From contig JBJSXX010000290.1 of the NCBI GenBank assembly GCA_046086605.1, positions 1-51,887 on the forward strand: a stretch of DNA of 51,887 nucleotides, read 5' to 3'. The DNA is from Pirellula sp. Lineage in GTDB: Bacteria; Planctomycetota; Planctomycetia; Pirellulales; Pirellulaceae. This document shows, piece by piece, positions 39,973 through 51,100 of this stretch (positions within the stretch are counted from its first letter, which is position 1; every line of letters starts with the position of its first letter). The notes under the pieces were generated by a model. The model was not told the origin of the DNA. It did no database searches and saw nothing but the letters and a program-made list of their open reading frames with translations. Both the position numbers and the translations under genes were made by a program.

Positions 39973-40896
39973 ATGAATTCGGGCTCACTGTCCAATAAAC
40001 TCATCGTCGCTCTTGCCATTTGCCTGCCAGCGATGCCCGTCGCTAGCGATTACTTTGGACCGGCGACATCGGCCCGTTGGATGCTAGCCCAAGCCGCCAA
40101 CGAGTTCGATCGAGGCAACGTAACCCAGGCCCAAAAGATTCTCGAAGCAGCTTTCGCCAAATCTCCCGACTTGATCGAGGACAAGGATTTCTTGCGCCAA
40201 GTCGATCGAATCGAAACCGATGGAAAAGCCGACGGAGCATCGAATCTCCTTACGACTCTGCTAGAAGAGAAGATGCGGAGAATCAAAGACCCTGACGATC
40301 GCGCAGAAACGGCATTTATGTTTTCCTCGCTGATTTCAAATCGAAAGCAGTTCGACAAAGCGGTCCAAATCCTTAGCGAGAACTTACCCGAACAAGCAAA
40401 ACGCACCCCGACTCAAAACAACCAAATCGCCTACATGAGAGCACTGGCAGGCACGGATTTGGAGTTAGCTCTCAGCGAAATCGATGCGGCAATCGAAGTC
40501 CAGGAAAACGATTCGTTCTTGGATACCAAAGGCTGGGTGCTTCATCGCTTGGGACGCAACGACGAAGCCCTCGAAGTGATGGATAAAGCCCTTGCGAAAC
40601 TCACAGATGCTTGGTCGGCCGACAGCGTTCTTTCGATGTGCTTGACAAAGATAAACGAGCTCCAGAGTCAGGCTGGCGATCAAGCGTCCGATAAGCCCAA
40701 GGGTTGGGGCCTCGACGCCCTCTTGGAAGAGTTCCCTCAGCTTTCGCGCAGACTCCCACTGTTTCTCGATACCCATGCCACTTTGCGCTATCACCGAATG
40801 CGCATCTGCGAGGCATTAGGGAAAACAGATCAAGTCCATGACGAAGCCGCCTGGATCCACGCCTTCAGCCGAAAAGAACTCGAAGATCTGTTCTAA
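39973..40896 (+). CDS. TPR-containing membrane-anchored or secreted protein
   Basis: N-terminal hydrophobic segment from MNSGSLS; TPR motif NNQIAY...SFLDTKGWVLHRLGRNDEAL. Confidence 0.75.
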   Translation: MNSGSLSNKLIVALAICLPAMPVASDYFGPATSARWMLAQAANEFDRGNVTQAQKILEAAFAKSPDLIEDKDFLRQVDRIETDGKADGASNLLTTLLEEKMRRIKDPDDRAETAFMFSSLISNRKQFDKAVQILSENLPEQAKRTPTQNNQIAYMRALAGTDLELALSEIDAAIEVQENDSFLDTKGWVLHRLGRNDEALEVMDKALAKLTDAWSADSVLSMCLTKINELQSQAGDQASDKPKGWGLDALLEEFPQLSRRLPLFLDTHATLRYHRMRICEALGKTDQVHDEAAWIHAFSRKELEDLF

Positions 40897-40904
40897 CCAT
40901 CGCG

Positions 40905-41029
40905 CACGGCTGTCCTCAGCCGTGCGGTTTTGTTTGTATCACGGCTGTCCTCAGCCGTGCGGTTTTGTTTGTATCACGGCTGTCCTCAGCCGTGCGGTTT
41001 TGTTTGTATCACGGCTGCCCTCAGCCGTG
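40905..41029. repeat. 35-bp tandem repeat of a REP-like hairpin (3 full units plus one more hairpin)
   Basis: Unit CACGGCTGTCCTCAGCCGTGCGGTTTTGTTTGTAT at 40905, 40940 and 40975; the final hairpin at 41010 has one substitution. Confidence 0.95.
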
Positions 41030-41263
41030 ATAGGCAACCACAGTCCGGCATCTTCTGCCGGCTTGTCTTGGGAGTCTTCAAACCACCCCAAAAAACATCC
41101 ATTTTTATTGGATTTCTTGAGGTTCTTTACCCCCCGAAAAGCCCCTCGTCCAATTGTGGTTTTCTTAATAAACGCTATACTTTTTCTTTTCGATTCAGGG
41201 GTGCGTGAAAGCCTCTTGCGATCGACCTTGTCGAGCCTTCTTTGAGCAGAAACGAACATATCC

Positions 41264-44131
41264 GTGTCGAACGTCCCACCCGATGATTTTGACCCGAATG
41301 ATCCCTCAAGCCTACCGACCTCCGACGACGGCGGCGGTGGCGAACGGATGATCGAAGAACCGATCGAAGACGAATTGCGCGATAGCTACCTGACCTACGC
41401 CATGAGCGTCATCGTCAGCCGCGCGCTACCTGACGTCCGCGATGGACTCAAGCCTTCTCAGCGAAGAATCTTGGTCGCGATGAACGATCTGAATTTGACC
41501 CCGGGTGCAGCGCGGGTCAAGTGTGCCAAGATCGCCGGGGACACCTCGGGTAACTACCACCCACACGGCGAAGCGATCATCTATCCGACCTTGGTACGTA
41601 TGGCACAGGAATGGAACATGCGCCACGTACTGATCGACAAACAAGGTAACTTTGGATCCATCGCAGGCTTGCCCGCCGCAGCCATGCGGTACACCGAAGC
41701 TCGACTTGCTGGCCCCGCTGCAATGATGCTCGAGGACCTCAAACTCGACACCGTCGACTTCATCCCCACCTACGACGAACGACGAACCGAACCAGTCGTT
41801 CTTCCATCGCGATTCCCGAACTTGCTCGTCAATGGAGCCCAAGGTATCGCGGTTGGGATGGCCACAAGCATCCCCCCTCATAATCTGCGAGAGATCTGCA
41901 ACGCACTTGTCAAAGTCATCGACGACCCCGAAGTCTCCGTAGCCGAACTGTGCGATATCGTACCCGGACCGGACTTCCCCACCGGAGGTATCATCTGCGG
42001 TAGATACAACATCCGCCAAGCCTACATGACCGGTCGCTCGACGATCGTTGTTCGGGCCCACGTCGATGTCGTCGAAGAAGGCAGAAAATCCAAGCTGATC
42101 GTTCGCGATATTCCGTTCCAACAAGCCCGCGACCGAGTGGTCGAAAAAATCGCAGAACTGGTTCGCAACGAAAAGATCAAGGGAATCTCAGGTATCCGCG
42201 ATGAAAGCGATCTGAAAGAACCCGTTCGACTCGTGATCGAAATCAAACAGAACGCCGATCCAAATGTCGTTTTAAACCAACTCTTTCAGTTCTCCCCGCT
42301 CCAAGAGACCTTCTCGATTATCCTGCTGGCACTCGTCGACGGGAAACCCCGAGAACTGAACATCAAAGAACTCCTCCAGGAATTCATCCGACACAGATTC
42401 ACCGTCATCCGACGACGCACCCAGCACTTGCTCGGTGCAGCCAGAAAACGCAAACATGTGATCGAAGGCCTCCTGCTGGCACTCGCAGATATCGATCGCA
42501 TCATCGCGATCATCCGAGCGAGTCGTACGCAAGCCGAAGCCAAAGAGAAACTTATGGGCGTCGAGTGCCCGGCTTCGATGATGCAACGCGCACTGGGTCA
42601 GCGCGGATATGCCGATTTTCAACTCGAACGCGGCGTCTCCGATACCTACAAACTCACCAGCGTTCAAACCGACTCGATCCTGAGAATGACCCTCGGTCAA
42701 CTGGCCGGGTTGGAACAAGAAAAACTCGGACAAGAACATACCGCAATCCTCGAAGAGATCGAAGGATATCGAGAAATCCTTGCCAGCCCGGCCAAGATCT
42801 ACAGCATGATCCGAGAGGATCTTGTCGAAATCGCGCGTAAGTACGGAAGTGATCGTGTCACCGAGATCTCCGACGAAGAACTCGGTAACTACAACATGGA
42901 AGACCTCATCACCGAGGAATCCATGGTCGTTACCATCTCCCACCAAGGATACATCAAACGTCTACCGGCTTCGGTCTACAAATCGCAAAAACGCGGCGGT
43001 AAGGGAATCACCGGCTTGAAAGCCGAAGAAGAAGATCCCGTCGAACACCTCTTTGTCGCCAGCACCCACGCTTATTTGCTCTTCTTTACCAACCAAGGAA
43101 AAGTCTATTGGCAGAAGGTTTGGGAAATTCCCCAAATGAGCCGCGAAAGCAAAGGCAGGGCGATCGTCAACCTTTTGAACCTAACCCCCGAAGAGAAAAT
43201 TCGCGATTGCGTCCCGGTCAGAGACTTTAACCTCCCAGGTCACTTTTTGATGATGGCTACCAAAAAAGGAATCGTCAAAAAAACTCCACTCGAAGCTTAC
43301 AGCCGTCCCAAAAAAGGAGGCATCATTGCAATCAAACTTCGAGAAGACGACGAACTTGTCGATGTGGTCGTTACTAAACCAAAAGACCAAATCGTCCTCT
43401 CGACCGCTGGCGGTATGGCCATCCGCTTCTCCGAAAACAACGCTCGCTCCATGGGCCGTAACACCTCAGGGGTTAAAGGCATCTCGCTAAAGAAAGCCGA
43501 TGAAGTCGTCGGGATGGTCGTCGCAGACCCAACCGCAACACTCCTTACCGTCTGCCTAAACGGCTACGGTAAACGAACCAATTTCGGACCCGGAGACGAA
43601 TTGGTCATCAAAGACGAAGATGCGACTCTCGACGATGACTCCATCGATCAAACCGTCGCGGAACAAGCACCAACCCAAGACGAATCCAGCGCAGACGAAT
43701 CTACCGAGGACAATGCCGCCGAAGACAACGCTTCATCGGCCAAGTACCGCACCCAACGCAGGGGCGGCAAAGGCATCATCGATATCAAGACCAGCAAACG
43801 CAATGGTCCAGTCGTCGGAACCGTAGCCGTCTACGATAACGACGAGCTGATCATGATGACATCCAGAGGCAAGATCCAGCGCATCGCGGCAAACGATATC
43901 AGCGTCATCGGTCGAAACACCCAAGGCGTACGCATCATGAGCCTCGATGAGTCCGATACTCTCGCAGCCATCGTCCGAGTTCCAGCAGCCGACATCGAAG
44001 CCGAAGCGGCTCGTGTCGAAGCCGAAGCCCGCGAGCAGGCAGCCAAGGCTCCCCCAACCACGCCAACCTCCACTTCGGATCAACAAGGCTCAAATGCCGA
44101 TGAGGACTCCGAAGACACTTCGGAAGAATGA
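41264..44131 (+). CDS. gyrA: DNA gyrase subunit A
   Basis: [32 protein letters not shown], GyrA-box QKRGGKG and beta-pinwheel repeats. Confidence 0.97.
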   Translation: MSNVPPDDFDPNDPSSLPTSDDGGGGERMIEEPIEDELRDSYLTYAMSVIVSRALPDVRDGLKPSQRRILVAMNDLNLTPGAARVKCAKIAGDTSGNYHPHGEAIIYPTLVRMAQEWNMRHVLIDKQGNFGSIAGLPAAAMRYTEARLAGPAAMMLEDLKLDTVDFIPTYDERRTEPVVLPSRFPNLLVNGAQGIAVGMATSIPPHNLREICNALVKVIDDPEVSVAELCDIVPGPDFPTGGIICGRYNIRQAYMTGRSTIVVRAHVDVVEEGRKSKLIVRDIPFQQARDRVVEKIAELVRNEKIKGISGIRDESDLKEPVRLVIEIKQNADPNVVLNQLFQFSPLQETFSIILLALVDGKPRELNIKELLQEFIRHRFTVIRRRTQHLLGAARKRKHVIEGLLLALADIDRIIAIIRASRTQAEAKEKLMGVECPASMMQRALGQRGYADFQLERGVSDTYKLTSVQTDSILRMTLGQLAGLEQEKLGQEHTAILEEIEGYREILASPAKIYSMIREDLVEIARKYGSDRVTEISDEELGNYNMEDLITEESMVVTISHQGYIKRLPASVYKSQKRGGKGITGLKAEEEDPVEHLFVASTHAYLLFFTNQGKVYWQKVWEIPQMSRESKGRAIVNLLNLTPEEKIRDCVPVRDFNLPGHFLMMATKKGIVKKTPLEAYSRPKKGGIIAIKLREDDELVDVVVTKPKDQIVLSTAGGMAIRFSENNARSMGRNTSGVKGISLKKADEVVGMVVADPTATLLTVCLNGYGKRTNFGPGDELVIKDEDATLDDDSIDQTVAEQAPTQDESSADESTEDNAAEDNASSAKYRTQRRGGKGIIDIKTSKRNGPVVGTVAVYDNDELIMMTSRGKIQRIAANDISVIGRNTQGVRIMSLDESDTLAAIVRVPAADIEAEAARVEAEAREQAAKAPPTTPTSTSDQQGSNADEDSEDTSEE

Positions 44132-44856
44132 CCCGCCGATCCGACTCAGATTACTTGGTACTGATCTGTACCTACAACGAGCGCGAAAACCTGCCGAAAC
44201 TTTTTCAAGCCATTCGACAGGTGAGCGCTGATTCCGATATTTTGGTCGTCGATGATAACTCGCCAGACCAATCCGCACAGTGGGTAGAGCAAGAGCAAAA
44301 AAACGATCCCAAAGTACACTTAATCCAACGCACCGGGAAACTCGGACTGGGGTCGGCAATCAAAACCGGCATGCACTATGCCATCGAGCACGGCTACCCA
44401 TGGCTAATCAATCTCGATGGAGATCTTAGCCACAACCCAGCTGTCATCCCTCAACTGCTTGTCAAAAAGGATTCCCACGACCTGGTCATCGGATCTAGGT
44501 ACGTTCCAGGTGGGGGACTAGAAGGTTGCTCGTGGCGCCGAATCGCACTGAGTAAGTTTGCAAATCAACTTGCACGCTCGATGGTCGGTTGGTCGATTCG
44601 AGATTGCAGCAGCGCGTACCGTCTCTACCGCATCGAAACACTTCAAAAGATCCAACTCGATGCACTCAAAGAGACCGGTTATGGATTCCTCGAAGAGATC
44701 CTCGCTCACCTGATCAAAGCCGGTGCTCGCGTTGCAGAGGTACCTATCGTGTACCAGGAACGTAAACTGGGGACATCGAAAATCTCACTCAAAGAAGCCC
44801 GCTCGGCCTTCAGCGCCCTTGTCAACGCATCAAAGATCTATCGATCCATGAAATAG
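44128..44856 (+). CDS. polyprenol monophosphomannose synthase-like GT2
   Basis: TYNERENL, VVDDNSPD, GKLGLGSA, DGDLSH, IGSRYVPGG and ERKLGTSK; ATGA overlap with gyrA. Confidence 0.9.
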   Translation: MTRRSDSDYLVLICTYNERENLPKLFQAIRQVSADSDILVVDDNSPDQSAQWVEQEQKNDPKVHLIQRTGKLGLGSAIKTGMHYAIEHGYPWLINLDGDLSHNPAVIPQLLVKKDSHDLVIGSRYVPGGGLEGCSWRRIALSKFANQLARSMVGWSIRDCSSAYRLYRIETLQKIQLDALKETGYGFLEEILAHLIKAGARVAEVPIVYQERKLGTSKISLKEARSAFSALVNASKIYRSMK

Positions 44857-44857
44857 T

Positions 44858-46429
44858 TCACTTTGCAACTTCCCAAGTCGTCCCTTGCTTGCCATCTTGG
44901 ATTGCGATTCCGATTTTTTTCAGTCCATCGCGAATCGCATCGGAGGTCGCAAAATCCCGTTTAGTCCGGGCTTCAGCACGTAAAAGGATCACCAAATCCA
45001 TAAGCCCCTCGACGATACTAGCCGAGTCGGCTTTGTCAGCCGAAATGGCAACGGGTTTGCGGAAAATCCCTAGTAGCGCAGCCATCTCGCGAAGAATTCC
45101 AAGGCCTTGTTTTAAAAGCTCCAGATCCTCTGGCTTGCGAGTCTCCTCGAGTTTCGCCTGATCGATGTATCGATTCAGCGCCCGGGCCATTTCGAACAAG
45201 TCTGCGGTCGCGCCACCGGTATTGAAATCGTCGTCCATCTTCCCAAGAAATGAATTCCGAAGTTCGACCAGTTCAGCAAGCAGGGCAGGGGGGTTCGCAA
45301 TCGAATGAAATTCGCTTCTTCGAACCGCATAAGGTATCTCATAAACCGAGAAGCCTAGAATCTTCGAGGCACGATCAAAGAGCCGGTAGAAGGTTTCAAG
45401 CGCCGCGCCCGCTTCTGCTAAAGGCTCATCGCCAAAAACACTCGTCGAACGATAATGAGTCCGCAGCAGAAAAAACCGGATCCGTTCTCCGGTATGCTTG
45501 GAGATCAAACTAGCCAATCCGCCAGCACCCTTACTCCTCGAGATCTTACCCGATACTGCCGATGCATCTGATTCGGTCGCATCCCCCCGGTCGCTCTGGC
45601 CGCCTACTTTTCCACCCTCGCTGGAGGCTCGCATCAACCCATTGTGCATCCAGTAAGTCACCATTGGCTTACTGTGACAGCAACGGCTTTGGGCTAGTTC
45701 GTTTTCGTGGTGAGGGAAAACCAGATCAAGTCCCCCTCCGTGGATGTCAAAGGTTTGACCAAGTATACCGCGACTCATCGCCGAACATTCGATATGCCAA
45801 CCAGGACGGCCCGGCCCCCAAGGACTCGGCCAACTCGGCTCCCCAGGCTTGGCAGATTTCCATAAAGCAAAATCGCCCGCAGAACGCTTGCGGCTTGCGG
45901 CTCCTCCCCCTTCACCTTGTTGGTCATCCGCCGAACGGTTGCTCAAGCAACCGTATTCAGGATCCTTCGTCACGTCAAAGAACACATCCCCATCGCTGGC
46001 ATACGCGAATCCTTTGGCGATGAGTTCCTCGACAAAAGCAATGATCTCACCGATGCTGTCGGTCGCGCGCGGCATACGATCAATTTGATCGACTCCCAAG
46101 GCTTGCAAATTCGATAGATAGTCGGCCGTCATTTGTGTGGCCAACTGGAACATCGAAATCCCCTTTTCACGGGATTTGACAATCAACTTGTCGTCCACGT
46201 CGGTAATGTTCACGACCCACGTGACTTCGTATCCGCAGTAACTCAAGTACCGCTTAACCGTATCGAAAATGACCGGTCCGACCATGTGACCAATGTGCGC
46301 CTCGGCGTAAACCGTAGGGCCGCAAAGGTACATGCCCACTTTCCCAGGCGTTAAAGTCCGAAAGCTCTCCTTGGCTTTCGTCAGAGTGTTGTAGACTCGG
46401 ATAGGGTATTCAGGTAGGTTTTCTGGCAT
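44858..46429 (-). CDS. cysS: cysteine--tRNA ligase
   Basis: [39 protein letters not shown] and [17 protein letters not shown]. The start may be the GTG at 46450. Confidence 0.96.
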   Translation of the reverse strand: MPENLPEYPIRVYNTLTKAKESFRTLTPGKVGMYLCGPTVYAEAHIGHMVGPVIFDTVKRYLSYCGYEVTWVVNITDVDDKLIVKSREKGISMFQLATQMTADYLSNLQALGVDQIDRMPRATDSIGEIIAFVEELIAKGFAYASDGDVFFDVTKDPEYGCLSNRSADDQQGEGGGAASRKRSAGDFALWKSAKPGEPSWPSPWGPGRPGWHIECSAMSRGILGQTFDIHGGGLDLVFPHHENELAQSRCCHSKPMVTYWMHNGLMRASSEGGKVGGQSDRGDATESDASAVSGKISRSKGAGGLASLISKHTGERIRFFLLRTHYRSTSVFGDEPLAEAGAALETFYRLFDRASKILGFSVYEIPYAVRRSEFHSIANPPALLAELVELRNSFLGKMDDDFNTGGATADLFEMARALNRYIDQAKLEETRKPEDLELLKQGLGILREMAALLGIFRKPVAISADKADSASIVEGLMDLVILLRAEARTKRDFATSDAIRDGLKKIGIAIQDGKQGTTWEVAK

Positions 46430-46583
46430 AGCAACAGGTTTATCGAACACTTTTGAGCGGAATCAGGTACTATTATAGAGTATTCCGAAGGGTAACGAAT
46501 CTCGTATTTTGAGTCCATCGCAATCCCATCGCCTCGGAGATCATCGGATCCAACCAAGCGATCCGCGTAGAAACCAAAAACAA

Positions 46584-47600
46584 ATGACTGCAATCGAAGT
46601 TGAAATTGGCGGACTGACCGATCCGGGCTTGGTCCGTGCCGAGAACCAGGATCAGTTTTTTGCCGGAGAACTCTCCCGAGGCATTCGTCTGCGAGCAGAC
46701 TCCTTTGGGACCCTCCCCAACACAACCCTCTTGGGAGACCCGACGGCGCAAGTCCTCATGGTCGCCGACGGCATGGGAGGGCATAAGGCCGGGCACGAAG
46801 CCAGCAAACTGGCCGTCCAGTACTTCATGGCAGCGATCCTTAATCGCTTGCAATCAACGACCTCAATCACTCCTGATGACCACGAGCATTTTCTAAGCCA
46901 TCTTCGAGATATCCTCAGCGATGCCCACCAAGAGATCCGACTAAGCTCTGAAGCTTCCGAAGACAAAAAAGGGATGGGAACTACCTTCACCATGGCCTAC
47001 ATCGTTTGGCCCAAGTTGGTATTCATCCATGCTGGAGACACACGCTGTTACGTCTTTAGAGCCGGCCAGCTATCGCTACTGACTCTTGATCATACCGTCG
47101 CCAATGAGATGATCAAAAATGGCCAACTCAACCTCAACGACAACGAACGCTCCCCTTGGTCAAACGTTCTTGTAAACGCACTGGGTGCCGGTGCCGATGG
47201 AGTCCAAGGTGACTTGGCCACCTCTCTTCTTGAACCCGGCGACATCGTTCTGATGTGCAGCGACGGTCTAAACAAACACGTCAGCGACACAACCATCGAA
47301 AAGGTACTTGCCATGGGTGGCAAAGTTCAATCGATGTGCGAATCGCTCGTGCAACTCGCAAAACAAGGAGGAGGTACTGACAACATCACTGTCGTTGCCG
47401 CTCGTTGGACCCGCTCTCACAAATCGATGAAAATGTCTGTCAATGCCGTTCCCCCGTCGGCCAACCAAAAAGTATTCGTTGAGTTTCTCCATCATTCTCA
47501 ACTCTTTGGCACCGTGGATCTCCACAACACCAATCTGACGGTCTCGACCGACTCGGATCGAAGCGGAGACACCGATCCGCTCACCACTGAATCCTTTTAA
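46584..47600 (+). CDS. PP2C/PPM-family Ser/Thr protein phosphatase
   Basis: GLVRAENQD, VADGMGGH, GMGTT, HAGDTR, LDHT, CSDGL and GGTDNIT. The start could be 46509. Confidence 0.93.
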   Translation: MTAIEVEIGGLTDPGLVRAENQDQFFAGELSRGIRLRADSFGTLPNTTLLGDPTAQVLMVADGMGGHKAGHEASKLAVQYFMAAILNRLQSTTSITPDDHEHFLSHLRDILSDAHQEIRLSSEASEDKKGMGTTFTMAYIVWPKLVFIHAGDTRCYVFRAGQLSLLTLDHTVANEMIKNGQLNLNDNERSPWSNVLVNALGAGADGVQGDLATSLLEPGDIVLMCSDGLNKHVSDTTIEKVLAMGGKVQSMCESLVQLAKQGGGTDNITVVAARWTRSHKSMKMSVNAVPPSANQKVFVEFLHHSQLFGTVDLHNTNLTVSTDSDRSGDTDPLTTESF

Positions 47601-47607
47601 TCACACG

Positions 47608-48153
47608 ATGCGGCCCTTCATTGCCCGCAGCCTGTTTGCCCCGACCTTCGCCTGGAACTATCTTCTAGGTCGTGTTCTTCACCGTCGAAACTGGTGGGAT
47701 CCAGTCGACCCACTCGTGATCCTCGGGGCTCTTCCCCTCAAACGCGACGTCCCCAAACTTGCGGAACTCGACGTCCGTGGCGTAATCAACATGTGCCAGG
47801 AATACCCTGGCCCCAAGCAGTCTTACGAAAAATACAACATTGAACAACTCTGGTTGCCAACCGTCGACTTTAACCCACCTTCGATCGAAGCTGTCCACAA
47901 GGGGGTAGAATTCCTAGCTCAAAAGACCAACAATAACCAACGCGTCTACGTCCATTGCAAAGCCGGACGAGCACGCTCGGCAACCATCGTCATCTGCTGG
48001 CTTGTCAAACACCGAGGCATGAACCCGCAAGAGGCCCAAGCCCACCTGCTTGCTTGCAGACCACAGGTCAACCCGCACCTACTGAACCGACCCGTGGTTC
48101 GCGAATTCCTCGGACTCGGGCCATCCGACGCGTCCCATGATCTACGACAATAA
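47608..48153 (+). CDS. PTPMT1-like dual-specificity phosphatase (probable phosphatidylglycerophosphatase)
   Basis: LFAPTFAWN...RNWW, ILGALP, LPTVD and VYVHCKAGRARSAT. Confidence 0.85.
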   Translation: MRPFIARSLFAPTFAWNYLLGRVLHRRNWWDPVDPLVILGALPLKRDVPKLAELDVRGVINMCQEYPGPKQSYEKYNIEQLWLPTVDFNPPSIEAVHKGVEFLAQKTNNNQRVYVHCKAGRARSATIVICWLVKHRGMNPQEAQAHLLACRPQVNPHLLNRPVVREFLGLGPSDASHDLRQ

Positions 48154-48160
48154 GCCAATC

Positions 48161-51100
48161 ATGCAATCTATTCATAAACTCCTCCTGATCCTATCGAGCT
48201 TCATCGCCCTGACGCCAGCGGCACTGTCTCCAGTAGCCCTGAGCTTCCAACCTCCCGAACAGACCGTCAACCGTTACAGCGAACCCAGATTCCCCAAGGA
48301 ACGCATACCGATGTGGAAACAAGTTGAAGATGCCATCGGAAAAGGTCTACCCAAGACCGCTATCGAAAAACTTGACCAAATCATCGAGCAATCACTTCAA
48401 TCCAAAGCATACCCGGAAACCGCTTTGGCACTGGCTCGAAAAATTCGTATCGAAAGCGAAATCCAAGGTGCCGATACCGGCGAAGACATCAACCGCATGC
48501 GCAAAGCCATCGAGACGGCACCCGAACAAGTCAAGCCCGCCTTGCATGCGATCTTGGGGCATTGGTACTGGTCCTACTTTGAATCCAATCGATGGAGGTT
48601 TCAACAACGCACCTCGGTCGCCGACGACAACTCCGAAGATATCAGCACTTGGGATCTTAAACGGATCTTCAAGGAAATCGACAAACAATACACATCGTCT
48701 TTAGCGAATAGCGATACCCTCAAAGCGACCCCCATAAGCACCTTCGATCCACTGCTCGATCCAGGCTCTTATCCAGATTCTTACCGACCGACTTTCTACG
48801 ATTTCCTAGTCCACCAAGCGATCGAGTTCTATGCCACAGGTGAACAAGCTGGGGTCAAGAGAGATGACGCCTTTGAAATCGATGCAAACTCACCCGCACT
48901 CGGACCAACCGAAGACTTCCTATCCTGGAATCCGCAAACCACCGACGCCGATTCACCCAAACTCAAAGCGATCAAGCTCTATCAAGAACTGCTGAATTTC
49001 CACGCCAAAGATGAATCGCCCGACGCACGCCTCCACGTGCAACTCGAACGTATCCGATTTGCGCAAAACCATGCTCTCGGCGAAGAAAAAGAAGCTCGAG
49101 CAATATCGTTGCTCGATGATTTCGCGAAGACGAACCCCAAGCACCCGCTCAGTGCGATTGCTCGTGCTCAGTGGGCCGGACTTCTTATGGGCCAAAACGA
49201 TCTCGAAACCGCGTACGAAATCGCCCTGCAGGGCAAGAATGCGTTTCCCGAGAGCATCGGTGGGAGACTTTGTCACAACATCATCGAAAACATCACCGCT
49301 AAAGCTCTTAATGTCTCGATCGAACGCGTCTGGAACAATCCCGCTCCAAACATCCGCGTCAGATACAAAAACATTTCCAAAGTCAACTTTCGAATCGTCC
49401 AAGCCGACTGGCAAAAAAGATTGGGCCAGCCAGGAAGATGGAGAGCAGACCAAATCACCGACCAAGACCGTACAGAGCTTTTCTCGATGCCGTTCATCAA
49501 AGCATGGTCGACAAATCTGGAGCCCACCACCGACTATCAAGAAGCCACTGATGATCTACCTGCTCCGCTAGATCTTAAACCCGGCTATTACTTTCTCCTG
49601 TACAGCTTAAACGATCAGTTCACTCCAGAATCCAACCAACTCGGAGCCTGTGAATTGTGGGTCTCGAAACTAGGACTCGTCCTACGCTCTCGCAACCAGT
49701 ACAACGACGTTGATGTAGATCTCAAGAGCCAAGCTATCGAAGGACTTGTCGTCGACAATCAAACCGGTGAGCCGATCGCCGGTGCGAAGGTCCAAGCGTT
49801 CGTGCGGGTCGATGGCAACCCGCGTTGGACACCAAGAGCCGCAGTTCAAACAGAACCCACCGGTCTGTTCCGATTGCTACCGGGCGAGCAGGGCAGTTAC
49901 ATGCTGCTAGTCGAGCACGGGGAAGACCGACTATCGACGCAACAGGAGTCTTATGTACACCTGGGACTTCAACCTCAACCAGGTGGACTGCAGATCGCTC
50001 TTTTTACCGACCGATCGATCTACCGGCCCGGGCAAACCGTCTCCTTCAAAGGTGTTGTCACTAGCAGCGACCAAAAGACGAACCGTTATACAGTCGTCCC
50101 AGGTACTAAGCTGACGGTTCAGTTCCTTGACACCAACGGACAAGTCGTCGAGTCACTCGATGTAGCCAGCAACGATTACGGTTCCTTTAGCGGTTCGTTC
50201 ACCGCACCCAGAAACAGTGGAACCGGCCTGATGTTCTTGACCATCAAGGACATGGGATTCAATACCGCGATAAGCGTTGAAGAATACAAACGCCCAAAAT
50301 TCCAAGTGACCCTCGATCGACTGAAAGATCAAGTCAAACTCGATGATCAAGTGACCGTCACTGGCAAGGCCATCAGTTATACCGGTGCCCCGATCCAGGG
50401 TGCCAAGGTTCGCTATCGCGTCGTCCGGCAAGTCCGCTGGCCCGACTGGTTCAACTTCTGCTTTGCCTGGAGAATCGCACCCTTTCAAGGTCGCTCTCAA
50501 GAAATCGCTCGTGGGTGGACCGACACCAATCCTGACGGAAGTTTCCAAATCGAATTTATCGCAAGACCCGATCGATCGGTTCCGGAAGACGATTTGCCTA
50601 TTTTCCAATACGAGATCGTTGCAGATGTAACCGACACCACCGGCGAAACTCGCACGGGATCCCAAAGCGTCTCGGTCGGGTATGTTACTGCCCAAGCAAA
50701 CTTGACTGCAAATCAGTGGCAAACGGAGCAAAAACCGGTCGAGATCGAAGTCAAAACCTCCAGTTTAGACGGTCAAGAAATCGCTTCGGCGGGTCAAATT
50801 AAAATATACAAGATCACCCAACCGGCGATGGTTCCAAGAACCGATCTTCTCGGGGGATCGATACCTGCAATCCCCCGACCAGTTCGACGCGGTGCAGGAC
50901 AAGGGAAAATCAAACCCTCCGCTTCCGGCATTCCTCTCCAAAAACCAGACCCTACCGATTACCGGCATTGGCCCATCGGAGAGATGGTTCACCAACAAGA
51001 GTATCAAACCGACGCGCAGGGCAAGTCGGCCTTCGAACTGAAATTACCCGAAGGACTCTATCGCGCGATGCTGGAGTCCAAGGATATCTACGGCAAGCCG

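Noticed and set aside
40905-41029. CRISPR array
   Set aside because: The spacers are identical and only 15 bp, and no cas genes are nearby; it is a tandem repeat.
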